Part shown: positions 25,453 to 40,073 of the stretch, piece by piece | Position numbering within the stretch: the stretch's first letter is position 1 | Layout: each line of letters begins with the position of its first letter | NCBI GenBank assembly: GCA_964304625.1 | Contig: OZ199840.1 | Location: forward strand, 1,776,532-1,840,531 | Source of the DNA: Kudoa neothunni | Taxonomy: Eukaryota; Animalia; Cnidaria | DNA length: 64,000 bases | Direction of reading: 5' to 3' | The notes under the pieces: model-generated | Told to the model about the DNA's origin: nothing | Seen by the model: the letters and a program-made list of their open reading frames with translations, nothing else | Databases searched by the model: none | Translations under genes and position numbers: made by a program

Positions 25453-26819
25453 GTGAATTTATTCATCTATCTGTTACGTTATATTCTATCCATCTCGTTT
25501 CGTATTCCATATGAATTTTTGCGCATGATATACAGCTCATAAACTATAATCAAGGAGTTAAATTATTAGTTATTTTGATGATCTCGGCAAGCATTAAATT
25601 ATTAATAAATAATATAATTCTTTTTTATATTCGAAATTATATGAATTTTCTCTAAAGCATTGCTTATCAATTTATTATTTTGGAGCCATTGAAAAATTTT
25701 TTTTAAGTTTAAACGTGATTCTTGGCTCAGAAAGTATATACCAACAGTTTTTATGCATGAATTGTTTTGCTGAAACACTGTTGCGAAGTATATCTCATTA
25801 ATTTGTGCTCAAAATACTTATTATACAATTAAATAACATTATACCATTTATTTTCCAGATTTTAGGGGGTTTGGATTATTCTTCTATTTTAGCCCATAAA
25901 ATATCTCATGAATTAATAAAAAAGCATTTATTTTATGATAGATTTAACAATAATAATAATAATTTTTTCTAAGTTGAAACCCAAATTCAATGAAGTAAAA
26001 CATATTAGGAAAAATTATCTTTATTATGTAAATATATTTAAAAGAATCTATAACGTACGTTTATTCAATAATCAGCGACCTGCGAGTTAATCTAAACGCA
26101 AATCTAACGCCATAATGAAAAAAATATAAAATCAGCATTTTTATAATTTAAAGCCCAATTATTGTAAGATTTTAATTAATAAATACATTAATGATTTTTC
26201 AATTATTAGTTTGTGCTAATTGATAGATAAATTATTTTGTTATTTGTGAAAAGTTCAATATTAAATTCTCCAAGTATATTCACGGTTCAATTTAACCAAT
26301 TTGACCTAGGGCATATGTGATCAACCAGAGGTAAATTTTAGATGACAGGAGTAAATTAATCGACGTTAAAATTGGATACAGACAAGTTTTGCATAATTCG
26401 GTTTCTTGCGTATTCACTGATAAAAAGGAATTATATTATTCGGGGCTATTAAACTCAATAGGATGTTCTTATAAATGCTTAAAATGTTTTTAGAGATAAA
26501 TATTTAACAACTATATATCAAACTACTATCAGTATCTCTATTGAATTTCTCGCTTATCTTTTAGAGATGTAGTCTAATAATACTAAAATAAACATATAAT
26601 CGTAAAATATATAGAAATTGAGGTTTCCCGCTATAGGGGTAAATTTTCAATTTTTCACCGGGCCGAGGGAGAAATTTACAACGGCGGTTCAAAACCCCTC
26701 ATCTATCTAGGTTTGTTTTTAGTCATTAAGTTTTTTAAATTTTATAAATTGATAAACAAGGGATAATTTATTTTTAAACGACTTAGTTGACTACCCCTAG
26801 ATTTTAATATTCAATAATT

Positions 26820-29800
26820 ATTCGCAAAATTGCCCCAACGAATAGCGGTGAGCGACATCATCCAGTCCTACACTAAATTGTTAATAATGTCTTCAAACGG
26901 CATTTTCTATTTAAAGTGAACGTACATCGTGCGCCAACAAATCAAATCCTTTGCAATCAATTCAGCATTATTAAATTATAAATTAAAAAAATACAAAGTA
27001 AATATTTTTAAAATGTTCGCGTGAATACACACGGCAACACATCTGGAAAATGTTCTCATCGAGTTACATAATGTAGGCAATCTTACGCGTCGGATCCTAA
27101 TAGTAAAGAGTGATTAGACCGATTGGTGAAATATTAAAGAATTATTACAATAATTATTATCATCCTCAGTCGCACCGTTCATGCCACTGCCGAGTGTTTG
27201 AAAGGAATCATTATTGGTTGAGTCTCCGTGTGTATTTCGAGTTATTCCAACGTTTGTCATTGGGGTTAATTCACTTTCAGAATGATTCCCTATTATTTGT
27301 TCACAGTCAGTCAACTCAATAAATAATAAAAATTCATATTTAATTGATGATTTCTATATACGTGATACTTTCACATCCTGAATTATTGGGGTAGTAGATA
27401 ATACTATTACAGATTTCTTGTGGGGGGTAACTACCGAATATAAAGTCAACGTTTTTGATTAATTTAAAATCATATGTATTATTACCGATAGTGGCATTCG
27501 ATTCAATATATTTGGCTCTACTCACCAAGACATCTTTGGCGGTATCAAGGTAGTCTAGCCGAGTTTTAATGTATTTAAAGACACGTCTCTCCATTAGGGT
27601 TTCTTTGGTGAGGCGTTTATAGTTGGTGACAAGTGTTGAGAATAATCTGGTTTGTTCGGCATGTAGATTTGCTGCTTTGGTGGAAAAATTGGTCAATCCT
27701 AAGTCGGAGAGTGGCACATGCTCACTGTTTTCATTTTGCATTAGGTAATGAGGTCTGAAGGGGATTTGTAGGTAGTAGGACACTTTGAATGAATGTATTT
27801 CTTTGGTCGTAAAAAGTTGCATATAATCCTATAGGAGAGTGTCTTTTAGTAATGAAATACAACGCTGTATGAAAAGTAGAACAAATGAGAGAGCACAGAG
27901 TAGGCGATTTGTCTGTGCTTTATCACCCAAACCCTCACAACTAATTTAAAGTCACATACAAATGTGCACGAATAATACTGAGTGATGTTTCTTATTTCCT
28001 TGGAAATCATTCTTAATTTTTCGAAATTTATAAGGTCATCATTCCAGGTAGAGTTTCCATCATTGATAAATGTCAAGTCTTTTTGCAACACCGGGAATAT
28101 AGGAATGAGTGTAGGTCTCGTTTTGTCATTGAGTAGTGCTCGGTATTTCATCATATTCCTCGAAGGATCCAACAACTGTTGCAGATTCTATAGAGGTGAT
28201 GTTTGTATGATTATACACTATTTACCAACTCATTGGAGAGGAGAGCTTACGTTGTAGATTTTGTTGTATTTGGGTAGAACTTTCTCCCATGAAGTAGTCA
28301 ATACTTTCACAGCTGAGTGCATTAGACCACTGTAAAAATAAAGAATTAAAAAAATATTCCACACACATTCCAATATAAATCTTTAATCAAATAGAGCCAT
28401 ACCTAATAATGAAAAATACACTATTAAGATTTTTCAACTCTTTGCAAATATCTAAAATAATTTTAGTGGTCGGCGGTTGTTTTTACACAAACAGTCTTTA
28501 TTACATGCGATTTTTATAAAATTCTCAATGACTTTTGCTCGTCCTGAAATCGTGGGTTCATCGAGAATTTCGTTAACAACCCAAAACAACTCTTGATTAC
28601 AACTCTAATGCACCGAGAAAACGATCAAATCCATTAATTTTATTTTTGAGATACATTCACGAAAAAGTTTAGATTGGGATATTTTTCCTTGTTTTTGATT
28701 TCAAAAATACTATAAATGTATTCTTTAACTTTTATACGGGTGAAATTATCAAAATTCTACACGAAAATATTACATTGAAATCATTTATCTTAACACTTAC
28801 GTTGATAGATATAGCTTTAGCTACTATGGAAGGATCCAAATCAATAAATTTACAACTCATATTTTTTCTAATATCATTAACAACACAATCCAACGATGTA
28901 GCTGTTGAAAGCTTTTTGATATATAATCTAGTTTAGAGATAGCAATTAAGTGATATCGAAATAAAACGACCTGTACCTTTTATTAAATCTTTTAAATTTT
29001 TGGAGGCAATTTTCGTTTTCCTTGATCAAATACTCGTCTAATGTCATAGTTTCAGTATCAATAGTCAAGCAATTGACGGTACTAATTAAAAGATTATCCA
29101 AATAACCCAATAAAATGATGATTACTGATTTTCATAGGATTCATTAAATACTAAAAGTATTTCCGCAGCTGTGACATTCTACTCACCCAAATCAGAAAAT
29201 CCACTACTAATGAATAGTTTAAAGTCATACTGCATTTAACACTAAAGATTTCGATGTGCCGTCCACTTTGAAAATCTTGCAAACAGTAAGTGAGCGATCC
29301 AACAATCCATCAAATAGTTTCCGGTTGTTTGTGATAGAAATCGAATAGTTTCTGTTGAACAATATATCCAAGGGAATATAGTCGGGATTATCAACGGATT
29401 GATATTTTTGTGAGTCCTGACTTTGCTTTCCGTGGGTTTCGCTGAGACCAGTTTTGAGTGATTTGGTGAACCTGCAAGAAACCACATCAATCTGATTCCA
29501 AACCACCAGCATGTAAGCGACTTACATTTTCAATCGTAAAAACTTTTTCAACTTCTTTCTCCCAGAATTACTGGCTCCGCCTGTACCTTATTATTTAATA
29601 TTATGATGTTTAATAATCGCATATTTGGTTAAATAATTAGCTAGTTGGTTACTTTGTGTCTCCGCATTTGTCGATGAAGAATCGTTGGTAGAATTGGCAG
29701 CAATCGGATCTGCTTGACTAACAGATCTAACCGATTCGCTTGGGAGTGCACAAGCCTACAATAAATTATAAATTATTATAATATCTAGAATAGTTTTGAT

Positions 29801-32800
29801 TGTGGTTTAAGTTATACAACTGCTCGGAAAATTACCTGTGTCGTCGAGCATTCATGCGGGGTAATATTCGAACTCTTAGCAAGAATGTCTATTTGATCTT
29901 GCATAATAAGTTTTGCTATAAAGACGTAGAAGAGTGAAGGGAATTTATGGAAAAATCGCGGTTACTTGTGATGCATCTTTTGTAGGTTAAAGAGATAAAT
30001 TGGGATGATCCTATGAGTGCTTCAACCTTTAAGTTATCATAATTATTGTTATACATCGAATAATTCAAAATATGGGGTAGTACCTCTGTATGATTCATGC
30101 TTTCCGTGGGTTTATTATTGATCACGGTAATTTCATCACCTTCTCGGAGCCCTGCGTTGAATCCATCACCATTAGGAAGAACCTAAACACGTCGAAAGTT
30201 ACATATTAAATAAAAACTTCTCTTAATTATAATTCTACTAAATTAACTAAATGACAATAGCATAAATTTAATAAAGAGATAATTTCATGTAATGTAACTG
30301 ATTATGATTAATCAAATCAAGAATTATTAATCGCTCTAATATTATTCAAGATAAAATACTTTCATAAATAGAGAATTGGATAATATAATGAGTTTATAAA
30401 CGTATATTTATTCTTTACTCTAAATAACTTGGTTATGTTTTTAAAAATAGGAATAATCGAAAAATTTTTATATTTTTATAACAAAAACAATAAAATATAA
30501 TTAATACACGCTAAATTTTAATTTATGAAATATTTTAACATTTAGTTAAAAGTTATTTGTTTTAATTTGTGATCGTAGTTTTTGGAGTTTATTTTTAAAA
30601 AATTCGACGATTAGAATCAATTTAATCCGTAATTTTGATCTCTAGTTATAATGATACATGTATAACATTATTTTTATGGTAAAAATTCACTATGAGCCCT
30701 GTTTTACAATGGTAGAATATGTTTGAATGTGTGCACTAGTGTTAACATTATTTTTCTCTATCCCAAGGGCATGAATAATTAATGAGACAAAGAATTTCAA
30801 ATTACATTCTCCCATAATATATCAAAGTAAGTTTTAGCGCTCACATAAATTTCAAGAAAACAAAAAATTGATTTTGTACAAAAAAGATTATTTTAACTAT
30901 TATCATAACCACCAGATATATATATATATATATATATATTGGTATTTTAAATTTCATATAATACCAGTTTAGCGAGATAGAAATTTTTATAACATTGTAA
31001 ATTGTTAAACACGAAAAGATTACGCAATCAATGGAAATAGAATACTTTCAGATAAAGAATTGGTGACTTCAATATTCATCTCATGAGAATAATTACATAA
31101 GGACGCTTATATTAGAATTAAATAAAATATTAATTGTGGCTAAATATTAGCCAATTTCATAAAAGTAAGACAACAGCTATTGACACAGGAATTTTTAATC
31201 CAGGTAACTCCTATTTATAGTTTGTCTATAAGGTTTATTATTTAGAATATGCTGTATTTATTCTTAACCTCTTCTGGTGGTATAGATAGGTCATAAATAA
31301 TTAAGTATAATTGAAACTAATGACACCGGAATGTTATTTATCGTGTCAATGGCCACTTTCTTGAACGAACACTAAATACAGAATTTATATTTTTATATTT
31401 ATAATGTTTCAAACGAAATATAACCACCTTAAATTGGTCATCAAGAGAAGTTTTGAAACTATTTATTATATAAAACAATTGTATACATGTTTAATTATTA
31501 AATTTACATCATAAATAAAATACTATTCTTCATGATTCATTAAATGTTGTAAAATATATTGTTTTATTTCCTATACGAATTAATCACAATAACAAATTAC
31601 AACCATATAAATAGTAATAATTTATTAATAGTAAATTATTGTCTGAAATTAAATAAACAAATTATTTATTCATTAGGCATTAGGCATTATATTTTGGGGG
31701 TAATGGAGACAATTATAATTATAAACAAATAATTTATCGCCATTGGTGAAAATATGCTCTTGAAAAACTATATTTATTAAGTAGGTAAATAAATTGAATA
31801 TTTTATAGAAATATTTAAAGTGATCATTACCGTCGTTCCTTTTATATATTGGAATTGAGTTTATAAGACACATAAAACTTTATTAGCGTAGACAATTGTG
31901 TTATCTAACAGTTTCTTAATTTATTAACCAATTAATAATTAGCAAAGTCAAACTTAAGATAGTTATCATTTATTATTATAATAAAATATCCGTCGCCCAT
32001 AACCTCTTGAGATACTAATATTTTATATTAATTAAATCTCTCAAATAAATAATTATAAACAATATATTTTTTCAAAAAATAAAATATTTATTCGTCTCTG
32101 TTAAAACTAATAATTAATTATATTTGAATTAGTTTAATTGGTCAAGTGGAAGATTGTAAACAATATAACACCAAAAATATAGAAAATTACAATATTTTTA
32201 TTTTTCATTGAATCATATTTCTTTTAATTGACAGAATAATCGTAAAAAAAATAATGCAGTAAATATTTTCAAACATGTATTATTTTTGGAGTCCCAGGAC
32301 ATACAGTGACTTATACACTGTACGTAATCAAAAGGGAAATAAAAACCATTACACATGACATGTAACTTTGCACATGCGAATTTAAATAAAAATTAAAAAA
32401 TTATGTATATTTTGACCAACTAACATACTTCTTTAGTTCAATATTTGAATTAATTTGTAATGAAACACGATTTAAAATTTGAAAATTTACAAAAAATGTA
32501 TTATGCGAAATTTTTTAATTAAATCATAAACCAACTAATAAATACAGATGTTGATTTTGAAACATCATGAAGAATTCATTAGCTTTATTAATAAAAATAT
32601 ATTGAGAATCTATTATTTTTTTCCTCTCGTAAGTACAATTCACTCTTCCATTTGTAGATGATCAAAATCCATATTTTCTCCTTTTGAGAGTTTTTATTAC
32701 TTTTGAATTAAACAATCGTTATAATGTTAAAGTAACCAGTCTATATAGTTATAATAGTATTCAAGGTAGATCTTATTTTTACAACAAAGATCTTCATTTT

Positions 32801-35166
32801 TTCAAATTTAGCGTTTGACTTATTCGTTACTTTTTGAAAATATTTTATAATTTCAACTTTTGGGATAGAGTTGGATTTTTTAACCGTATGTTAACGCATA
32901 AGCCACAATCTTCATCGTTATGGGAAAGAAATCATTACATACGAGCCATAATCTTGCACGACACACAAAATACGTAAAAACTATTGATATTTTAATTGTT
33001 CTAAGGTCAAATCGGGGAAATATATTGCTTTTGTTATTAAGTTTACAGAGCAAAAATGAAATTTTCTATATATTCATTAATTTATATTTTAATGTGATAT
33101 TACGTACGACCCACCCATAAGTCATTTCAATATAACCAGAACCATCATATTCTTTAAGGAATATTAAATAGCCTCTGTTAAGTGCATTGTAATGCATTTA
33201 CAAACGAAAAAATCTGCCTAGCATATTTTTAATGCAGATATATTCATTTTAATGTATATATCTTAATTATCAAAATAAAAGCATCAGAGTTCAGTATACT
33301 TTCTAAAGTAGTGAGATAATTCCTGTGAAACTTATTAATAAACTTGTATTTCTTAACATACTCAAATAAATATTAATATATGTTGATAATATCTCATTAA
33401 TTAAGCATTCAAGACTTACACTGAATATGTAAATTCCAATGCTCGTCCCAAGACCACCAATAACCCTAAGGTCGTTAATCTGAATCTTTCCAAAGCTTGA
33501 GTTCTATCCAACAGAAGATTGATAACCACAACCTAGTAAACGACCCAATCATAAGCTTACATTGTATTTGACAGTTTTAGCTATTGTCCTACCGACACAA
33601 GCAATGTGAATAAATCGCAGCGGTCCTTTCATGTTCTAGATTATAAGTTGGTTAGTTAGTCCATTCCAAATTATCAATATGAATAAGTGGATAAGTGAAT
33701 ATGTCAATATGTCAATGTGTATGTAAATTCAATTACCTTCTTTTTCAAAATAGCTATAAAATCTCGAAGGAACTGGGCCAATTCGGGTTCGTCTATAAAG
33801 TCCTCATAACAATAATTTATCCACAATATTATTATTTTAACAGCCTAATACATTGTTTATTTCAAACCAATTGCAACAAATATAAATTTGAGTATAGTTT
33901 TTGTTACTTTGTCAGCTGTTCCGGGGGTTTCCAACCATTCCAACAATTGCGCGGTTGTTTCTGAGAAATCTTCGAAGAAGACCCGATGGCATATCAGGAA
34001 GTCTTCCACATAGGTAGGGTCTACCATAAACGAGCTGTCAATTAGATTTTCTAGCAGTTTCTTAGGTGTCGCCTTCAGAAAGTAATATTTGAGATCACCC
34101 ATCCACACATGTAACATTGCTCACCTTTATAATTACGTGACCTTGTTTTTGACCATTATCAAGACTTCTATGTTCGGTCACCATTACCACCTTACTATCT
34201 TCAAGGTGTTCTTGCAGTTTGAGTTGACTGTCCTCAGCGATACGACAGAAATCGTCTTTGGAAACACACAAAAACTAGATGCAATTTATCAGTTATTAAA
34301 TGTTCCAGTTAGAGTTTAGTTACTTGGCAGTTATCTGTGGCAGACAAGAGGATATTTTTGTGAATTTGTTTCTCACGAGAAGTGTTAACACCGAAACATT
34401 GGCCATCGGTGAGAGTGTCGATAATTTCGCCATCCTCAACAGACTTAATGGAAACTGAACCTTGAATGATCACGTTCCATGAATCCAACTACAAGCAGAG
34501 ATTAATTAATGCGAAAATTTCTCCACGCCAATCTATGGCGCATCACAATAGATTGTACCTCTTCGCCATCATCCAAGATGATTGTGTCTTGTGTTTCTGT
34601 GGAGGCTAGAATCGCAACCTCAGCCATGGCCTTCAACATATTACACGAGAATTGTGAACAAGCCTGTGAAAAGATGTAATTGTAATTATCCAAATATTTA
34701 TTATGAAAATTTCTTACATCGATGCGAGTTAAATATGTGATGATGTTTTCGTAATCAGAAAGTTGTCTTTCGTCCGGCTCGATCAATAAACTCAAAATCA
34801 AGGGATCTTCTTTTAGTTCGTCCTAGTAAATTATTTCATTCATAAAAAGACAGAGAGGTTATAAATCGATTGACTAAAAACGTTCAAAATAGATTACTTG
34901 ACTATCAATTTTTTTGAGTTTTTCGATAGTTTTGCACTCATTGTCTTCGTTATCAACACTGTCGGTGGGTAGTGCTAGCATAAAAAATTAATATTAGATT
35001 TAGGGTTTTTTAATTTAGTTGTGGTATTCTTTTATATAATAGTACATTTATCAAGAGTGTTCAGGCTGATAGAATTATCTAATGGAGTTTGTATGCTGAT
35101 TTCAATAGTTTCCTCCTCGGAACCGCTATCAGAAGAAAATGAGTAAGATCTTTGATTAGGTATCAT
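26820..35166 (-). CDS. RAPGEF2: Rap guanine nucleotide exchange factor, PDZ-GEF (RAPGEF2/6 type); many short exons, 3' end uncertain
   Basis: Domain order: cNMP-like (IILDDGEE..DSWNVIIQGSV), REM (LLENL..VDPTYVEDFLICHRVF), PDZ (IGG...IGIYIFSV..AGLREGDEI), RA (VCKIFKVDGTSK), RasGEF (LDPSRNMMKYR..IPIFPVLQKDLTFINDGN..LINFEKLRMISKEIR). A 3.2-kb intron lies at 30183-33419. Confidence 0.93.
31168..31352 (+). mobile_element. Small TIR MITE (family C), degenerate copy in the RapGEF intron
   Basis: GCTATTGACAC...GTGTCAATGGC inverted ends; colinear with 44536-44752. Confidence 0.7.
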
Positions 35167-37801
35167 AGTTCTCGTCAATTATTTTTGTCAAAAAGTTCTA
35201 AAATAATCGGCTATTGTGTGGGTAATATTCCGATTGCTTAATGTGGTTATGGCCTAATACGTGTTTTACGGCATAATACTATTACGAAGTATATCACAAT
35301 AGATTGTTTGGGATATGAACTGATCACGTATTAAAGTCATAAAATACCTCGTTAACTTCGCGAAACAGGTGAACAATTATTGTGTAGCAAAATCTCAGCC
35401 TATCCACTACTTGTGTTTGTATATATGTGTGTGATCTATACTTTACGTTATCAACTAATTATTTGGTACCATGACAAAATAAATAATAACTAAAACGATT
35501 CAAATTCACGAATATTAATAATTCGATAATTACTATTTTAAATTGCGTATAATATAATTTCGCATACCCCTACGTACACGCAAACGTTTATGTACCAGTA
35601 TACAGAGTGCTTCGACAGCGATAATACTTTAGCTAAAGAAGCCGCCTGTTTTCCACATTCGATTAAACACTTACGATAAATTATTATCTAATCGATTTTA
35701 TATATTATAAATTATTTATTAACAAAGACAGCATTTGTATAATTATTTTATAATACATTATTAGTTTCGAACTCAAAATATTCATTAGGAGATTTCAGAA
35801 TGAAAGAAAAAATTAAATAGATCGACAAAACATTTTTAAAAAAATCATTTCGATAAATATAAATAAAATAACAATAAGTGTTCTATTTTACAAAAGTCTG
35901 TTCACAACTACATAAACGTTTATATTCAGTCGGATTAGTTTTCGTAACCGAACATAATTTGTCTCTGGGTACCTTTCTCACACCGAAGGGGAAAAGTGGT
36001 GATATCTTTCGCCCATCATTTAAATTTCAATATTAATCGCCTAATCAACAATGTCGTATTATCAAGAGAACCTATAAATTCGCCTATGGGAATTAGTTAT
36101 CGTTGCCGCTGCGGCTTTTTTAATAATATTTGAAGGCGGCGAGTTCCTTATAATGTCACTGTTGACATGTATTGAATCAAACTAAATATTATTGCTTACA
36201 AAAAATGTCAAGAATGACAATTATGCCTCGAGCTTTCGCATTTCGACTTCTATTTAGAAACGTATCTGGTAAAATCGCGGATTATCAATCATAAATCGGT
36301 GTACCGAAGTATTGTGTTAATTATTTTCTTTTGTTTTACCCTATGGGAATTTTAGATTTATTTCGTATATAATAAAAGCTATGTCATCTTTAATTTGGTT
36401 TTCATATAGTTTTATTCATTTTACGCAATATTTATCCCAATAAGTTATCACACTATTATGGTATACAGTGGTGCAGTTACGTAACGCGGAAAATATGACG
36501 GAAATCACTGCGTTGCATATATTCCGATTCCGATATAGTATATGTGCGGCCAGAAATAGCGTTTTTTTCAGTGATAATATTATTAAATAATAAAATGATC
36601 TATTTTTTTAACTAAAATACTTTTCTTTATATTTTGTTTGGAGCAATTGCTTAAATATTGATTCCTAGCTATTTCATGTTCGGTTACTTTGTCAACCATT
36701 GATGGAATTTTATAACTTTTGTCAGTAACTTTAGCGTTTCTTGGTTTGATATAGTTGTTTTATCAATATTATATTATCACAGTTATTATCATTCTTGGTG
36801 AAATCAGGCAAATCTGATGTTGTCTTAATTTCAGAGTTGTTTACTGTATTGTTTGCAAGACTTTCTTAAGTAGATTGTTGTTTTACTTCTAATGATTTCT
36901 CTTTTTCAGTCAGCTTAGTTGTGTTATTTTTAAAATATTCTCATGATTTAATTGCCTCGTAAATAACATCTATGATGTAAGTTAAAATGTAGCTATTATC
37001 TTGAAATTCTATCTGATGTATGAGTGACGTCATTAGATGACTTTTTTATATCATTATAAAAGAGATAATTCCTTGGTCCAGTGGGTGAAGCACAGTGGTC
37101 CTGTTCGAAGTAAAATAATAGAGCTATGGTAGACAACTTGTTTGTTTATATGGGCTAGGAAATTGTCCAAAAATAATAAAATTCTCCTCGTAAATCTTAG
37201 AAACGGTGAGTTGCCTATTCTATTTTGAGCGGAATAACAACAATTGAATTAGTCATCCAGAATGTTTTATTTTATTGGCGTGATATTTTAATGACGAATC
37301 TTTGAGATTATTATTGAATTACGTTAAAGAGGACACTTTTACAAACCCTATCATATCTACGGCACTCGTCTGTATTAATTGTTTGTTTGTTGATTACCTG
37401 CACAGAGATCATTGAAATATCTTGACTCGTTGTATTTCCTTGTCACAAAAGAGGGGAGCTTTTCACCAGTCATCAAACACACGAACAATACTATAAATCT
37501 TTTTATAGTCTTCTCGCATCCATGTTTATTTTTTTCGTTAGCAATAACATAACTATATTCTAATAAAATGCCCCGATCGATCAAAAGTATTAATAATTGA
37601 TAGCTCCTAAAATTTGACAAAATAAACCTGTTTAATCAGCATTATAAATATCAGTAAGATTCCATGAATAAATTATTTCTCATGAATGACTTTTCCATTC
37701 ATCAAAGATTATGTTATCTGCATTACTAGAATCCCGTGGAATTTATTGCGTTATAACTTGTCAGTTATATCGATCAACAAAATCTTGAAAATCTGCTAGG
37801 A

Positions 37802-38732
37802 TAGTGTATTGTAATTTTTTTCTATTACATCATACTTTTTCTTGAAAAAAATTCCTTGACCCATCTTTTTTAAAAGTATTGATTTTTTAAATTAAACTTC
37901 TTACAATCTTGTATCAAGCTTCATATCACATAAAAACTTGAAGTTGGTTAATGTATACTGTTCTTCTCACTAAAATTAAAATATATTCGATCAGATTTAT
38001 TTAAATATGCCGATGGACCTTAAAAATTTACATCTGTAGTTATTCACTTCGTCAAAAATATCGTTAAGTGAAACTAGTGGTAATCGAACTAGCATCAGGT
38101 AAGACTTTCGTGTATACGGGTTTTATAAACCCACAAAAAATTAACCTTCCGAGCGCTTCAAAATCGATTATACACTAAGTGTATAATTTTTATTTTATTT
38201 TTCATTCATTGGTGATAATTCAACAATTATTTGGCAAGCATATAGTGTAAGTAATTTTATAAGAATAGGCCGAGTTTTAGTAAATATAGATAATTGGAAG
38301 GGGACAAAAACTAATCTTTAATATGACTTAGGATCTAATAGACCCCAAAAGCACTCGGTAGGTTAATCAATATTATATTGGGTTAAATCAAAAAATGAGG
38401 AAATTACAATTATAAATCTAACGAGATTGGAATTAAAACCATTCCGATTCTATTAGATTAAAAGCCATATTTAATGTTATTATTAATTTTCATATTATTA
38501 GTCGTTGCTTTTTATATCTTTTAAGATATTAATAGACATTTAAAAATGAGAGATATCCAAAATAGTGATATTGATTACAAACTGCAACCCACTGCCCAAT
38601 TATCTAGTCATTATCCATGTCTCATCAATGCTCATGATTTCTTAAGTCCTATCATAGCCGCTCATTAAACGCTCAAACATTTCCATTCCCCGTCCTACCA
38701 TTAGGACGTGGATCTCAATGGGGGAAATACGA
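37802..38732 (-). mobile_element. hAT MITE, family A copy 3 (inverted, more decayed)
   Basis: Reverse complement aligns with 8106-8834; TSD TGCTAGGA / TCCTAGAA. Confidence 0.8.
38145..38362. mobile_element. 218-bp piggyBac MITE nested in the hAT MITE
   Basis: TTAA-CCTTCCGAGCGCTT ... AAGCACTCGGTAGG-TTAA. Terminus resembles that at 47766. Confidence 0.85.
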
Positions 38733-38934
38733 TCCTAGAAGATTACGTAATATTCTTACCAGATGAAGCTAAAAATTCGCTAATATTCTATATATCGTCA
38801 CGTGATAATCCCAACTTATTTTTTCTCATTTTCTATCCAATCGCGAGAATTCTCACCTATTGAAGCAAGCCTATCACACTTGGGATAATTTTCTATTTCT
38901 CGAAATAAAATCATCGTTTTTGATTTTTAATGTA

Positions 38935-40073
38935 CCCTTTTTATACTCTAATTAATTTGGGGAAATTTTACACCAACAAGAAATTATTGGTTGAATACGT
39001 GATTTGTTTGCTTTTCATAATACACAATTTTCTTTATAATCGTCAAGAATGGTTAGTAACATATGATTTTAAAATATTATGACAAAAAATATAAAATCGG
39101 AAAAATTATAACAAGATTATACCCCAATGAATTTTTGGGGTAAAAAATTACCTCAGATTTTTTCACATCAATTGATTGATTAAATAATTATTATTACATA
39201 GAATAAATTTTAAGTTTACCTGATGGATAAATTTAAAATTATACGGTTATTATTTATATGAAATATCACGTGACTTCCCGCTTAATTTTTTCGTTGGGAT
39301 AGTAGGAATGGATTTAGCTGATAGTAATTAGAATGATTATGAATACTTTACAACTGATATATCGTAGAATCTAACGAGATGGAAATCTTTGAGAACTCGG
39401 TTCAACCCACAATCAATAATGACCCCCTATGATGTTGTTTTTCTATTTAATGGATTTATTATTTATAAATGCGTTTTCCATATACACAAAAATATTTAAT
39501 GATAATATAGTTAGGGGTAGTTTTTTGAAGATATGGCAAAGTTATTATACCTTTCCATTAATGGAAAGGAACACCTGTGAAGACCAAAATCCCAAGAGCT
39601 CGACCTTATCTATTCTATTAAACTCAGCACACCAAATAAATAAAAAATATTTTCAATTTTGGAATTTTTTTATGGATAACTAATAAGAAACCTATTACTG
39701 CTCGTTTCAGATGTATGAAACAGTTGCAAAATTCATTTTGAGTGTTTGCGAATCTTACTCACATTAAATGTTCTATTTGTTCGCAAATAATAATTAAAAT
39801 ATTTATTACATGATATACATGTGAAATCTACTCAATCATTAGGTTTAAATCAAAAATTGTCATTGCGGATTATAACTAATACAGTTTTCGTATGATTACG
39901 AGGATTACTACTCGCGTGTTGTTTGTTTTGCAGCTGAATCTAGCCGCGGAATTTTTCTTATTTTTATTTTCTTAAATCAAATATTTTTTATGGTTCGAAT
40001 GAAGAAATAAAAACCAGGAGTAATTTTCTACCCAAAATTCATCGGCTAGCGTCGACTTTTAGTAAATAGAGGG
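38935..40073 (+). mobile_element. Internally deleted piggyBac remnant
   Basis: Right end TAGAGGG-TTAA. Subterminal inverted repeat ~39125-39160 vs ~40012-40045. ORF 39429-39683 (LFFYLMDLLFINAFSIY) matches the transposase C-terminal part. Left end approximate. Confidence 0.75.

Larger units (their letters stand above)
36466..38900 (-). mobile_element. pogo/Tigger (DDE_1) transposon remnant interrupted by a hAT MITE
   Basis: TA-CAGTGG terminus at 36466. Minus-strand motifs KRFIVLFVCLMTGEKLP, TTVLHPLDQGII and EFLASSG (CENP-B-type HTH region). Far end approximate. Confidence 0.8.
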
